DNA of 64,000 nt from Macrostomum hystrix (lineage: Eukaryota; Animalia; Platyhelminthes). The stretch is from contig CATNEN010000011.1 in NCBI GenBank assembly GCA_950097015.1, positions 558,001-622,000 on the forward strand. The letters run 5' to 3'. Both the position numbers and the translations under genes were made by a program. The first letter of the stretch is position 1; every line of letters starts with the position of its first letter. Below are positions 12,001 to 23,273 of this stretch, one piece after another. The notes under the pieces are model-generated. The model saw only the letters and a program-made list of their open reading frames with translations, had not been told where the DNA came from and made no database searches.

Positions 12001-14080
12001 AGCCATTTAGCTCACTCCTGAGCACAGCACTCAGATACTGTATGCAGGCACACGCTCACACGGGTGTGTACATCTGCCCTGACTTTCTCATCGTCAGGCA
12101 GTGTACCCTTCACTATGAATTGGAGGTTGGCCCTCAATGGCGTAAGTCGCACAATTAGCCCCCAAGCCTTCTCTCCGCCGCTGCGCCCTAAATAAATGTG
12201 GCCTCGCCGCGGAATCTAGCTTAGTGACATTAGTGCGATAGGCAAACCGCTCTGTCACCGACCCCCGGTCTGTGTGCTATTCATCCTTACTTAAATTCAA
12301 TGAGCTAGTAGCCATGTGATTAGAGTTTTGAATTTCTCACCTGAAAATTCGGTGTGTGTAGGCCTGCTTAATGATAGTTTTATCAATATCCCCAGCTGGC
12401 TAAACTACTGCAGTTTGGTTTTTGCATTCGCTAGCAAATTGTTGATTGATATTTAATAAGTAAATCATTATTAATCAATAAAATGCATAATCAGCGAGAC
12501 AATTTTTAGTCTTCCTATTTAACATTTTCTTTTTTTGCCTTGCACATCTCGCCCGCTTTCCTATTCTATTTGCAGCCTACGGTTACGGAACATTGGGATA
12601 CAATGGTAATATAGAGCTTCAATGTTTTATTTTAGATGTACTCTAAGTCGTTAAAACCAAATCTTACCAATATTTTTCCAGTTTCACGTCACTACCGGTG
12701 CACACGTGTAGCATTTATATACATAATAATAGACCTCTGCATAATTGCATCTTAATATAGAATGATTTTCATTCGTTGTTCCAGCTGAGCTCGACCAATC
12801 AGATGCCGAAGAGCCACTACTATTGGAATGGATTAATTTAGTTAACGAACGGAATAGATTGTGTCGCGAAGAGCTCTACCTGTTGAGACGGTGAGACCAA
12901 TACTCAAACATTCTAATTTGAAACGTTATTTTCTTCTAAAAAACTTATTTTTGCAATTTTCTAGATCGGAAGAACGCGAACTAGAATTGCAGCACTCGAG
13001 CATTGAATTCGATTTGCGCCGAGTCATGAGCAAGCAGGGTGGGTTTGGTTTGTTGGAACCGCACGCATAATTATATATTATTATTAAATATATTAATTGT
13101 CAAAGTAATTCCTACCCGGCACAGCTTTAACTATCTCTCAGCGGTTCCAAAAATGGTGTACAGCTGTTTTGTCCATGGACTTGGGCCCTTTCTAGAAAAT
13201 CGGCCATTCCGTTTTGAAGCTATCGCTAAGTAGGCAGTGGATATTTGAAATACGAGGAGTAATTGGTCTTTCTAATTGGTAATTGGAGGTATTTCTAATG
13301 TCTCTAATTGGAACTTTAGACCTCTCTGGCAGAAGTCGGATTTTAAAGTTTATCTACGAGCTATAAATTTGGTCAAATTATTTAAATTTACTAACGTGTA
13401 GTGCTGAATAAATTTGTTTAATTATAAAATGCAGCATCTCAATTATAAATTAACCCACGGAGCTAGTTTGTGCCGCCAAACTTTGCCACTTTCCTAGCAG
13501 GCAGAAGAGTTAGTGAATTCTACAATAATCTACGAGTAGAAATCTATGGGTGCCACACACAACAACGTCAATTTCTACCCAGTTGTTTTCCTGGGCTGCC
13601 ATTCTAACTCTATATTTGATCAGGTTAATTTGTGAAATTAACAGAATCGATTACATTTTAGAGGCCCTTAAAACTGAGTCGGACAAAGAGCTGGAGCGAA
13701 ATCTTCTAGCCCAGCTAACCGAAGTTGTAAACAAGCGGGCCAAGATCATCGATCTCATTGACGCCAGTCAGCGTGAACAGGAGGAGCAGGAGCAGCTCCT
13801 GGCTGCCACTCTGGCCACAGCCAGCGCTTCTGTACACGAAAAAACTACAAATAGCAGCAAGAAGGAAAATAAGAAACTCTTCAAGCTGCATAAGAAAGAG
13901 GAGAAAGACAAGTCTAAAAAGAAATCTAAGCTGGCATCGAAGTTAAAGAAAAAGCCGCCAGCAGAAGATAAAAAATCGGACGAAGAGGCGGATTCCGCTG
14001 AGGCTGAGACGCAGCGTCAGCCGCATCAACGCTTCAAACTGTTTGGCAGCTTGCGGCGGCAAAAACAGAAAGAAAAATAA
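6022..14080 (+). CDS. MICALL: MICAL-like protein (CH domain, partial LIM, two NPF motifs, C-terminal bMERB/DUF3585), ~930 aa
   Basis: Exons 6022-6385, 6991-7115, 8983-9944, 10555-11049, 11674-11921, 12785-12890, 12965-13038, 13662-14080; all GT-AG, phases consistent, total 2793 nt. CH: [38 protein letters not shown]. bMERB: LLLEWINLVNERNRL, ELERNLLAQLTEVVNKR. No monooxygenase domain. Confidence 0.88.
6430..6972. repeat. 33-bp minisatellite, ~16 copies (intron 1 of MICALL)
   Basis: Unit ACCAGATAGAATGTCAGTTACATCATCCAGCTG; produces the spurious ORF 6431..7030. Confidence 0.95.
7771..7984. repeat. 30-bp minisatellite, 7 copies
   Basis: Unit AATCCTATCATTTAGGGGTGTGAGATTGAC, near-identical copies. 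Confidence 0.95.
8588..8830. repeat. Degenerate ~30-35-bp minisatellite
   Basis: Recurring ATCCCATCCCTATGACCAAGTTAAATGATT. Confidence 0.75.
9358..9660 (+). repeat. Coding 39-bp tandem repeat (AETSAPADSTAAN) in MICALL exon 3
   Basis: About 5 near-perfect copies plus degenerate flanks of GCAGAAACTTCTGCTCCGGCAGATTCCACGGCTGCAAAT. Confidence 0.9.
10106..10453 (+). mobile_element. tRNA-headed SINE family B, copy 1
   Basis: Head GGGGGTCAGTCACAGAATGGTTAACGCG...; body AGAAGGCTTGGGGGCTTGTCGTGCAATTTACG shared with copies at 12.0, 33.6 and 62.7 kb; ends CTGCAATT. Confidence 0.75.
11960..12267 (-). mobile_element. SINE family B, copy 2
   Basis: Reverse-complement match to 10106-10453 (CCCCCAAGCCTTCTCTCC, GTGTACATCTGCCCTGAC, TTGGAGGTTGGCC). 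Confidence 0.72.
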
Positions 14081-14194
14081 TTTAATAAACAGCAAATATT
14101 TGGATTGATAGAATTCCCTGGCTTTGATGCGGTTGTCTTTCAGTCTGTTTAGTCGATTAAGTCTTTTTAAGTCCTTGACGCGATACGTTAGATT

Positions 14195-14886
14195 GTTCTT
14201 GATCCTGAAGCATCATGTCCTTCAGTTAGTTGTTGTTAGTGTCTGATCCTGAATGATCATGTCCTTCAGTTAATTGTTGCTAGTGTCTGATCCTGAAGGA
14301 TCATGTCCTTCAGTTAATTGTTACTAGTGTCTGATCCTGAAGCATCATGTCCTTCAGTTAATTGTTGCTAGTGTCTGATCCTGAAGCATCGTGTCCTTCA
14401 GTTAATTGTTGTTAGTGTCTGATCCTGAAGGATCGTGTCCTTCAGTTAATTGTTGTTAGTGTCTGATCCTGAAGGATCATGTCCTTCAGTTAATTGTTGC
14501 TAGTGTCTGATCCTGAAGCATCGTGTCCTTCAGTTAATTGTTGTTAGTGTCTGATCCTGAAGGATCGTGTCCTTCAGTTAATTGTTGTTAGTGTCTGATC
14601 CTGAAGGATCATGTCCTTCAGTTAATTGTTGCTAGTGTCTGATCCTGAAGGATCATGTCCTTCAGTTAATTGTTGTTAGTGTCTGATCCTGAAGGATCAT
14701 GTCCTTCAGTTAATTGTTGCTAGTGTCTGATCCTGAAGGATCATGTCCTTCAGTTAATTGTTGTTAGTGTCTGATCCTGAAGGATCATGTCCTTCAGTTA
14801 ATTGTTGTTACTGACTGATCCTAAAGGATCATGTCCTTCAGTCGATTGTTGTTTACTGACTGTTCCTGAAGCTCAATGTCCTTCAG
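14195..14886. repeat. 44-bp hairpin-containing minisatellite, ~15.7 copies, just downstream of the MICALL stop
   Basis: Unit GTGTCTGATCCTGAAGGATCATGTCCTTCAGTTAATTGTTGTTA; no spacers. Confidence 0.95.
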
Positions 14887-16177
14887 ATTTTTTGTTAGTT
14901 TGTACTATTTGATTTGAAAGCTCTGCGAGTAAAATTATTTCTTTTCGCCTAATTTCCTTTTCTTATATGGAAGAAGACATATTTTGAGGCAAAAAAACTG
15001 ACAAATGAAAATAGCTTAAAAGCCGTCACTAACCTATTCAGTATTAAAGCTTTATGCTAGTTCGTAATTACACAGCATCTGTGAATTTTTCTGTGCTCAA
15101 TTTTGTGCTGACCGTTTCTTAACGTATGTTTCTGCGTCGTTATGTTTTTTGAGATTTTTTTGTTTTTTTTTATGCTTGTATCATGAACTGTTACATTTTT
15201 TCACTAAGTGTACTATTACTATGATTTTACCCATATATTACAAAACTTTGCTACAATCTTATTGAGTTATATTTGTACTGTCGCTTGCCTATTTACTACT
15301 TCTAAGTAGCATGATTCAAATGATTAATATTTTCACAATCAATAATTTTCGCTACTAATTTTATTACTTTTTATATCCTTGCTTTAAGAAAGCACACTAC
15401 ATGGCTTCTATAAGCCTTCTAGTATTAATCAAACGATAATTGTTAAGTGCTTAAGCAATCAACTGCAGTTTGTAAAAATTAAGTTTTTATCCTACCATGG
15501 AGTCGAGTTTGGGGCTATTATTATTAAGCTTTTTGTGTCTAATGTTAATAAATAAACTCAGTTTAAATTTGCTCATGCTTGTAAGCGAATTTATATTCGG
15601 TAAAACAGAATCTAATTCATTTCTGGGTTGTTTATTGACTTATTCACTTTGCTTAATTGTATGGTACATATAGGTCCTTAATTTATGTAATTTTTACGTA
15701 CTTTTACAATATTTTCATTATATTATACCCAAACCCAATTGGATAAGACTTACCGCGGCACTTCCAAAATCTATGGTTCAGTCTATGGACATCACACCCG
15801 ACTTGTCTAAAGACTGAGATTCAAGCTCTTGATTAACTGGTCTACAATCTTACAATTATGTTGGTGAGATAGGTGGCAAATAATGGGTACAAGCGATTAC
15901 AGGTTAGGTGTGGCAGAACCCAGTCCATGGACTGAACAGCTGTCCCGGCCTTTGGAATACTTGAAGTCCGGGCTGTGCCACCGACTTTATATCTGATCCA
16001 TTTAGTTAGCTTGTAACTTGTACTTGTCTACTTATTCTTAATCTATATATATATAGAACTGTCATGTGTGTGTAAAGCTTCATTTTTAACTTTTTCAGCA
16101 ACTGATCAGTTGAGCAGATATGCTATGGCAGGCTAATATTATAATTCTAAAAAACTTTGGTTAAAACCGAATCGAGA

Positions 16178-19100
16178 ATGTTCCCTAGCTTCAATTTTCC
16201 CCAATTCTGGCCGGAGGACGATGGCCGCGGTCACTACAGCCGCAACTATCTGGCCTCGGACCGGACCAAGGTGCCACCGTGGAGCCAGGCCGCCTACACT
16301 GACCTGGGGCGCGTTGGCGGCCATTTTGAGTCCGTTAGTCAGGTGAGTGCCGGTAATTAAACACTGACAAGTTAGTTAAGCCGTGTGTACTTTATTACTC
16401 CTGACTTCAATAGGCTTAGCTTCCATTCCATCCTTAAAATGGGTGGTAGCCGTGCGATTCTAGCGTCGGACTCCACGAATTCAAGGTCGTCGGTTCGATT
16501 CTGGAACAACTAATATCCTTTAGCTAGGCACTTTACTCTGCACTAGTTCTGTTCATCCAGCTGGTAAATGGAAGCAGCGTAATTGAGGGTAGGTGTGGCA
16601 CCCCCAGTTTATGACTGACAGCCGTCCGCAATCCTAATTGGTACATCTTTAACCAGTTATTATATCAATGTGTTAATAATGTATTAGGTGTGGCAACGGA
16701 GATGCATTTGGTGAATTGAGCGCAGTTTGTTTGAAAATACGAGTCCTTTCTCACTCTATCTCACTCTATTTGTAGCTGTTTCGTGTAGTTCTTGAAGGGC
16801 GAGGCCGAGAAGTGGTCAAGAGACCCGTTTTGTTGAACAAATAATGTAAGGTGCAGCCGAATATGCACGTTTTAAGTGCACATGTGCTCTCCGTACAGGC
16901 ATCCAATCTAACTCACAATCTAACGCACATCTGACGCGCAAACATTTCTCAACATCTGTGAGCATGATCATACATTCTGCAAAAATAGTTTTTTTTATTC
17001 GTTTAATGCATAATTTTGGTGCCATAAGTTTATTTTACACTCTTTTTATTACACCTGCCCTAATTTGGCCAGATGTGCAGCCGACAGATTGCAAGCGAAA
17101 TAATATTCGGTTTCTATTGCGCGGCGCATCAGAAGGCTGCGTACAGCTTTTCAGTCCATGGACTGGGGGGACGCCACACCCACCCTCAACTACGCCAGCT
17201 AATGCTGGTACCCATTTAACAGCTTGGTGAACTGAAGCAATGCAGAGTTAAGTGTCTTATACTTCGTAAAAGGGTTGCTTCACTTCACAGATTGCTCCAG
17301 TGAAGTCAGGAATCGAACCCCCGACCTTTAAGTCGTGAGTCCGACGCTCTAACCACAAGGCTACAACCCAAGGCTTGACGCTCTAAAAAGCGAATTAGAG
17401 CGTACATAAAAACTTAAGTTTAATTCGAGCTAGATTAGTAAAGAACTCGCACAGCTTTGCTTTTCAACTGGACACTGCTTTCGTTAGAAATTCTTTTATT
17501 TAACGATATTTATCGAAATATGTGCGCGCGCAGAAAATTATTTTTAAGTATATAATCTTGTCTCAACATGCTAAAAGTGTTATTTTAAAAAATTTTCCAG
17601 ATCGCAGGATTCGAACCCCTGACCTACCAACTTGTTGGCCAGCCGGTCCGCCTAGCCGCCGAATCGATACGTGGCGCCGGCAACGGCTGGCCCTGCAACC
17701 GCGAGCGGCACCGGCGCGTCCGCTTGGCCTGCGTGGCTGCCTGCACTGCCAGTCGACATTTTAAAGGCCGCCCTTCGGCTCTCCGCCTGCCCTCCGTGCA
17801 GAAGTCGCGCAGCCTGCTGCGTGAGGTAGCCGAGGCTGAGAGCCTGGCCCAGCTGACCCCACGCAAGCTTGCCAAGCTCCCACTGCACATCACCCAGTTC
17901 CTTACTGCCCCGCCGCCGCCTGACGCACACAATACCGACGCGGGTACGAGTAACAAGCAATTGAATTCTCCCCTATTCTGTTAATACCAACATTCTCCCA
18001 GCTCACATAGTCTCATTTTTATTTTTTCTCAGGCGTGGACGCATTGGGCATTGACCCTCTGGATCCCGAATCCCTGTCTAATCGCTTGATTGGAATGGTC
18101 TCTGGTCGCCATTGCGGCTCTGGCATTGTTTGGGCTGACGCCGCCGACACTGTCACCATGGCAACGCCAGGCTGCTCTCCGGTTGTAGTGGCCTACGCAT
18201 CCGGGAAATTTTTAGACACTTTGCGAGTCTCGGCTCTTGTCGCTCGGCGTCGAAAGCGACGCAAAAGCAGCAGCAGCGGCAAGGCCAGAGCTCCGTGGCG
18301 ACTGGTCACACAGTGGACTTCGGCCGCCGTTGACAGTGACAAATGCGACAATCAAATCTACGAAGTGCTCGGAGACAGCAGGAGTGTGGAAGGCGCCCTA
18401 GCTGGGTTTGGTCCGTTGCTTGCCGTTCGACGGCGAGATAAATTTCAGGTTAGACTTCGATTTTTTGCATGCGTGATTCGCTTATTATAGTACTATAAGT
18501 AGAAACACCTATTATTATCGTTTTTTATTCTGCCGCAGTTTTATCGCCAAACTGAAGCTGCTGATGTCGCATCTGCCGAATCGGCGGCCCTCGTATCACC
18601 TCTAGCCGAGTCTTCCCCGTCGCCAGACTCCACTGCATCAGCAACTAGTACAGTTCGTCTATTATCCCTAGCCTTAAATCCATACATTTTTGGCGAAGCC
18701 GTCACTATGGACGCTAACATGGTTGCTAAGCTGTGGGATCCGCGCGGCCTGGATGCTTGCCGCTGGAGCCGGACGTTCCCGGCTGAACAGCTGGCTCCGT
18801 GGGCTCCTGGCGAGGCTTGGGCCAGTGCCAGCCTTGGCGCGCATCATCGCAGCCTCGTCTGCGTCGGCGGCCGCTTGGCCGACGTCTGCGATCTGCGCGC
18901 TTCGCCCAGCTCTACCGCTGGCCATAGACTATTCGAATTGCCGCCTGGAGCAGCGCCAGAGCGATTCCGCTGCCGAACTGGCATTGGCCAGCACTGGCAT
19001 CTGCTGGGATCGGATGGCAATCTGCGATTGGTTGACGACAGAATGCTGGGCAATCGCTGCCTGCTGCACGCCAAGTGTCCCCTTCATGCCGCGCCTAGTC

Positions 19101-20164
19101 TGGCTACCTGGCTGCCAGAGCCTTACGAGCTGCTGCTGCTTGGAGCCCAGGTTCGCACAAGCATAGGCTTTAATTGGTGGCTATTAGACCCTGTTTGATT
19201 GGACGAAAAAAAATTACAGCTTTACTAGTTTATTGGGTAGTAAAGACGTATTCTCTCATTGGTCAGTATATACGAGTATACGGCGTCTGATTGGTCAATA
19301 AAGATAAAGCGTCTAATTGGTCAGTAAAGATATGCGAGCGTAGGGTCTGATAAGAAATAAAAATTGTGTTAGCCTCTGGCAAGTTATTGTTTTTTATTAT
19401 TGATCAGGATGAATTTGGATACTGTATTTTGCATTTTTCAGACCACAGGCGACATAGCCGCAGTTCGTCTCCTAGCAACGGACGCGTCTTTGCCACCCCG
19501 CATAGGCTCCGAGGCTCGTCTGTTGCTGCCGCAGCTGAAATCCGACGATCCACCCGATGGTCTTCGCGGCCTTGCCATGGTGAAGGCCGACACGAACACC
19601 AGCCGCAGTGGAGCTTCGCTGCTGCTGTTTAGAATGACAGGTCGTGGACGGCTGTATCTCCACAGCCTGGCCGACCAGCCGGATCAGGGTGCCGATGAAG
19701 CACCGGCCACTGTCCGCTCAAAGCCCAAGAAAACTCGTGAAAAATCGGATAAACAGAAGCAAGTGCGAAAGCGCCGCAGATTGTCAAAGAGCGGCAGCAA
19801 GTTCTCACTCAACTTGCCAGCAGCGCCAGATTGTCTTGCAACCATTAGTACCGAGCAGCGAACCCCGGCGCTGACCTTGCCGCAAGATCGTCGCACAGTT
19901 GACCGATTGCCGCATTTGAATTTCAAAGAATTCGCTACGCCAGACGAGCAGGCAGAGTTGGGCCCCAGCTCGCTTCTATTGGCCAGGCTCTGGCACGGCC
20001 AGGACACCTCCGGGCCTGAGCGTCTGCGCCGATTGGCCTACGAGGCGCGCCAGTTTGTTGACGATTCCGAATCTGTCGTGGCCGAAGATTCCGTATCTAA
20101 TGCCCCAACCAATGAGACTCTGACAGATCCCGATATTTTCGATTCGGCTTCGTCTTTGGCCTGA
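16178..20164 (+). CDS. TAF1C: TAF1C/Rrn6-like RNA polymerase I SL1 subunit (beta-propeller), ~752 aa
   Basis: Exons 16178-16342, 17601-17943, 18033-18448, 18539-19150, 19442-20164; GT-AG, phases consistent, 2259 nt. Segments WASASLGAHHRSLVCVG, HLLGSDGNLRLVDDRM and LLLLGAQTTGD match, in order, my recollection of TAF1C C-terminal motifs. Identity is by eye only. Confidence 0.6.
16441..16630 (+). mobile_element. tRNA-headed SINE family A (V/CORE-like central domain)
   Basis: A/B boxes (GGTAGCCGTGCG...GGTTCGATTC), then TCTGTTCATCCAGCTGGTAAATGG and GGTAGGTGTGGCACCCCCAG. Confidence 0.7.
17054..17365 (-). mobile_element. SINE family A, near full length
   Basis: Minus strand: TGTAGCCTTGTGGTTAGAGCG...GGTTCGATTCC head, CTTCAGTTCACCAAGCTGTTAAATGGGTACC core, GGTGTGGCGTCCCCCAGTCCATGGACTG tail shared with other copies. 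Confidence 0.8.
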
Positions 20165-20497
20165 CAAAAACACCGGAAAGTTTCTAAGAAACAGTTGTCG
20201 TGATTTTTACGGATTTTTTAAAGCATTTAAAAATCAAAGTCCGAGCATTATTTTCATCCGTATGTCTAGTACGTGATTTTGGTTTCGCAATTTTTGCCAA
20301 ATAAAAAATAAACCTCCGTCTTCCTGTTATAACTTGTTATCATACTATTATAACTAGTCACAGTCACAAGTCAGTACTGACATTGCAAATTTTTAATTTT
20401 CCGTGTCTTTCATGTTTTGTTTATTTATTACAAATGAAGTTAATGAATATCAGCACATCCTGTGAAGTTTTGGTAACAAGCACAATGGACAAAAAGA

Positions 20498-20713
20498 GGG
20501 ATTGTGGCTTAGTGGTTAGAAAGTTGGACTGTGAGGTCGGGGGTTCGATTTGCAACTCCAACGGTACAAATTGCCTCATTTAGCAAAATAGTTAAATGTA
20601 CAGCGGGTGTGGCGTCTCCCCAGTCCATGGTCTGAACATCCGTACACTGCCTTCAGATGCGCCGCGCTATAGCTGCGGCTGTGCTGTCGGCACATCTGGC
20701 CCTATTGGGGCAG
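20498..20713 (+). mobile_element. SINE family A (internally deleted)
   Basis: TGGCTTAGTGGTTAG...GGTTCGATT head, then GGTGTGGCGTCTCCCCAGTCCATGG...CAGATGCGCCGCGCTATAGCTGCGGC. Confidence 0.75.
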
Positions 20714-20781
20714 GCGTACTCAATTATAATTATTAATATAAGCTACAATAGATCGTTAATTAGTGTTTCGAATTCCAACTC

Positions 20782-20968
20782 GCCTGTCACAGCCCCAGCT
20801 ATTCAGCGTACAGCCAGCTGTTCGGTCAGTGGACTGGGGGCCGCACACCTACCCGAATTTCAACCTCGCTAATTATATTTCAAAGAATTTTACGGCTTAG
20901 TGAACTGAAGCTGCGAACTGCGATTCGAACTCCAGACCTCTCGTTAAGGAATCCAAAGCTCTCAATTG
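20782..20968 (-). mobile_element. SINE family A, degenerate inverted copy
   Basis: Reverse complement contains GAGTTCGAATC, CTTCAGTTCACTAAGC and GGTAGGTGTGCGGCCCCCAGTCCA. Confidence 0.6.
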
Positions 20969-21028
20969 CTTATAATTCCTTACTAGGATATTGTGAGCAT
21001 TTAGTGTAACTATTTCTATCATGTTTAA

Positions 21029-22023
21029 CTATTTAGCCAAGCCGATGAGTCCGTTCTCAAACAGCAGCCGGATTCTTCGCTGAAAGTCTGCGTCTCGGCT
21101 CTGGCGCAGTAAGCCTTGGGCGCGGTCGGGATCTTCGCGCAGAAGCGACATCCAGCGCTGCACATCCGGGTTGGTGAGCGCCTCGCGAACTCCCGGTCTG
21201 GCTAGGACTTCAGCCACGTCCGTATCGACGGGGGGAGGCTGCTGCTGCTGTTGCTTCTCTTTTTCTTGTTGGTCAGCAATGCGAGTGAAGTGTTCGCCTA
21301 GTAGAGCTGAGAATTTGGCTAGGAACGCTTGCACCTCCGTGTCGTCCTTGTACTCCTGATGGGTCGGCGTAGAAGGATGTTACAGAAGAGATGATGTAGG
21401 TGTACATCCAGAGGCAAAGCCACAGCTATACTACAAATGATAGTACAGAATGAAAAACATGCAGAACTCAGACCCAAAGTGCCAACCTCCATAGCCATCC
21501 TGGGATTGGACTGGAACTTGGCCAACGCAGCCGACATTCTCGGATTGGCCAGGCCTCGCAGCAGCGCCTCGTCAGATTCAACCTTGGCCAACAATTCCTC
21601 AGTCAGCCACTGGGAGGCCGCACCGGCACCGGATCCGGCGGCTTCCGCTTCGGCCAGGCTGGCCTGTACATCGTCCAGTCTGAGCGACTTGGCCGCAGCT
21701 TCCGGATTGCTGCGAATGAACGGCACCTCATCCTCCTCGGAGTTGTCTGTTCTTGACTGTTTCGCTTGTCGGTGCTTATCACCGACAGAATGCTTGTTGC
21801 TGCTGTTGCTGCTGTTGCTGCTGCTGCTAGGAGCAAACAGAAAGCCACGACGCATGCCGCCGAAACTCGCCTTTGCTGGCTCCGTCGTCTTGTCGACGGG
21901 TTTCGGTGCGCTCTTGGGCGATGATAGCTTTGACACCGTGGCGGTCGCCTCCGTCTGCTTGAAAACGTGACTCATGTCCTCCAGGGGTGGCACGTCGGAT
22001 GCATCGTTGCTAGATGACGTCAT
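21029..22023 (-). CDS. STI1/HOP DP-repeat domain protein, ~287 aa
   Basis: Exons 22023-21487 and 21355-21029 (phase-0 GT-AG intron, 131 bp). N-terminal VPPLED and GGMRRGFLF; DP-type motifs LANPRMSAALAKFQSNPRMAM and ALTNPDVQRWMSLLREDP; ends LFENGLIGLAK. Confidence 0.75.
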
Positions 22024-22951
22024 TGTCGTATTTTAGTCTTGGAAAATGTTTCAAGTATATTTTGTGATGAATATCTGTTATCTTTTTACCTATTGACAAA
22101 AGTATTTTGAGTTGGATAAATACTTTAAAAGTGAACAAGGATTGTCTGACGCGCAAAGGCGTTTAAGAAAGAAAACACAGAGCAGAGATCGATCAAACGC
22201 ATGAGCAGTGAGCCACAACCCTACCTAAAATTAAAGCCGCTTTAACTTTCAAGAGAATAAAGTGAACAAAAACACACTGAAGTCGAAATTCTTACTCGTA
22301 AAAGTGCTAGATATATAAAATTGCACATCAAATAACTGCAGGTCAAGAGCCACAAGTTTGTCAGTGAGCGAAAAAAATAATCAGCGCTAGTAAGAATATT
22401 TCTTGTATATTTATCTTCTTTGTACGGCTCGTACATAATTGGCAATGATACTGCCCGCACAAAAAAATAAATCAGGTTGGAAGTGTAGGAAAACATTACT
22501 GATCAGGGTGATCATTACATTAAATGTGACACTAGTTACACATTAGGTAATAAATAGTAAAACGGTGAGCAAAGCGTTCTATTAATCCTTTTGTTTCCTA
22601 GTAAAGGCCTTGCAACGTGTGCATTCGTAAGTGAATTTAAACAAAAAAGATCTTCGCATCATGGATCCATTCTGATCGCAAAATATATTTTTTTCGCTGG
22701 AAGCAAAGTTAAACAAACATAAAAACTCGAGGAATTCAAAGACAGCTTTAAAAAAGCGGTGAAGCAAGGCGGATAAACTTTGTAAGGAAAATCATAGGAA
22801 AAAATTGATAAAACCAACGAGGAAGCCTTGATTTATTGAGAGTAGCAGATACAGCATGCGGTGAAGTAAGTGAGCAAGCGCAATGTTTGAGTACCATTTT
22901 CCATAGAAGACGTCACAAAATTCTCCTAGGGTTTCTGTAAACAGAAGAAAT

Positions 22952-23197
22952 ACCACGGGGTATTTCCAATACCCTTACCCATATTTCGTGTCTCCCAAAT
23001 TATTCAACAAATTGTCATGAAAATCCAGAAAACACGCCAACTTTTTCCGCTTTATCCAATGAAAAAACTTCCAGAATATCGATAAAAACTTTTATCGATT
23101 TGACTTTCACGCAATTCGGTCAGTCGGTTTGGGAGCCATCGTGAAGTAGGGGAGTACTTGGTGAGTACTCAAAATATTCAGAGTACTCACCACGTGG
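22952..23197. mobile_element. Degenerate MITE-like repeat; related copy at ~32657-32755 and terminal motif at ~60195
   Basis: 23101-23156 is the reverse complement of 32686-32745 (CTACTTCACGATRGCTCC...CGTGAAAGTC); CCACGGGG termini. Confidence 0.5.
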
Positions 23198-23273
23198 TCT
23201 TTCCCCAGGGGGGATAGTGCGGACTTTCTACTGTTGAAGCATCGATAAAAATGGTCCTGGCAAAACTCGACCG

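Noticed and set aside
14195-14886. CRISPR-like array of palindromic repeats
   Set aside because: No unique spacers, no cas genes, eukaryotic context; it is a head-to-tail minisatellite.
17295-17365. tRNA gene (also heads at 16441, 20498 and 61403)
   Set aside because: A and B boxes are present, but I see no complete acceptor stem or Pol III terminator; each continues into a shared SINE body.
17601-17628. Reverse B-box-like GCAGGATTCGAACCCC at the start of TAF1C-like exon 2, suggesting SINE exonisation
   Set aside because: No further SINE homology on either side; likely chance.
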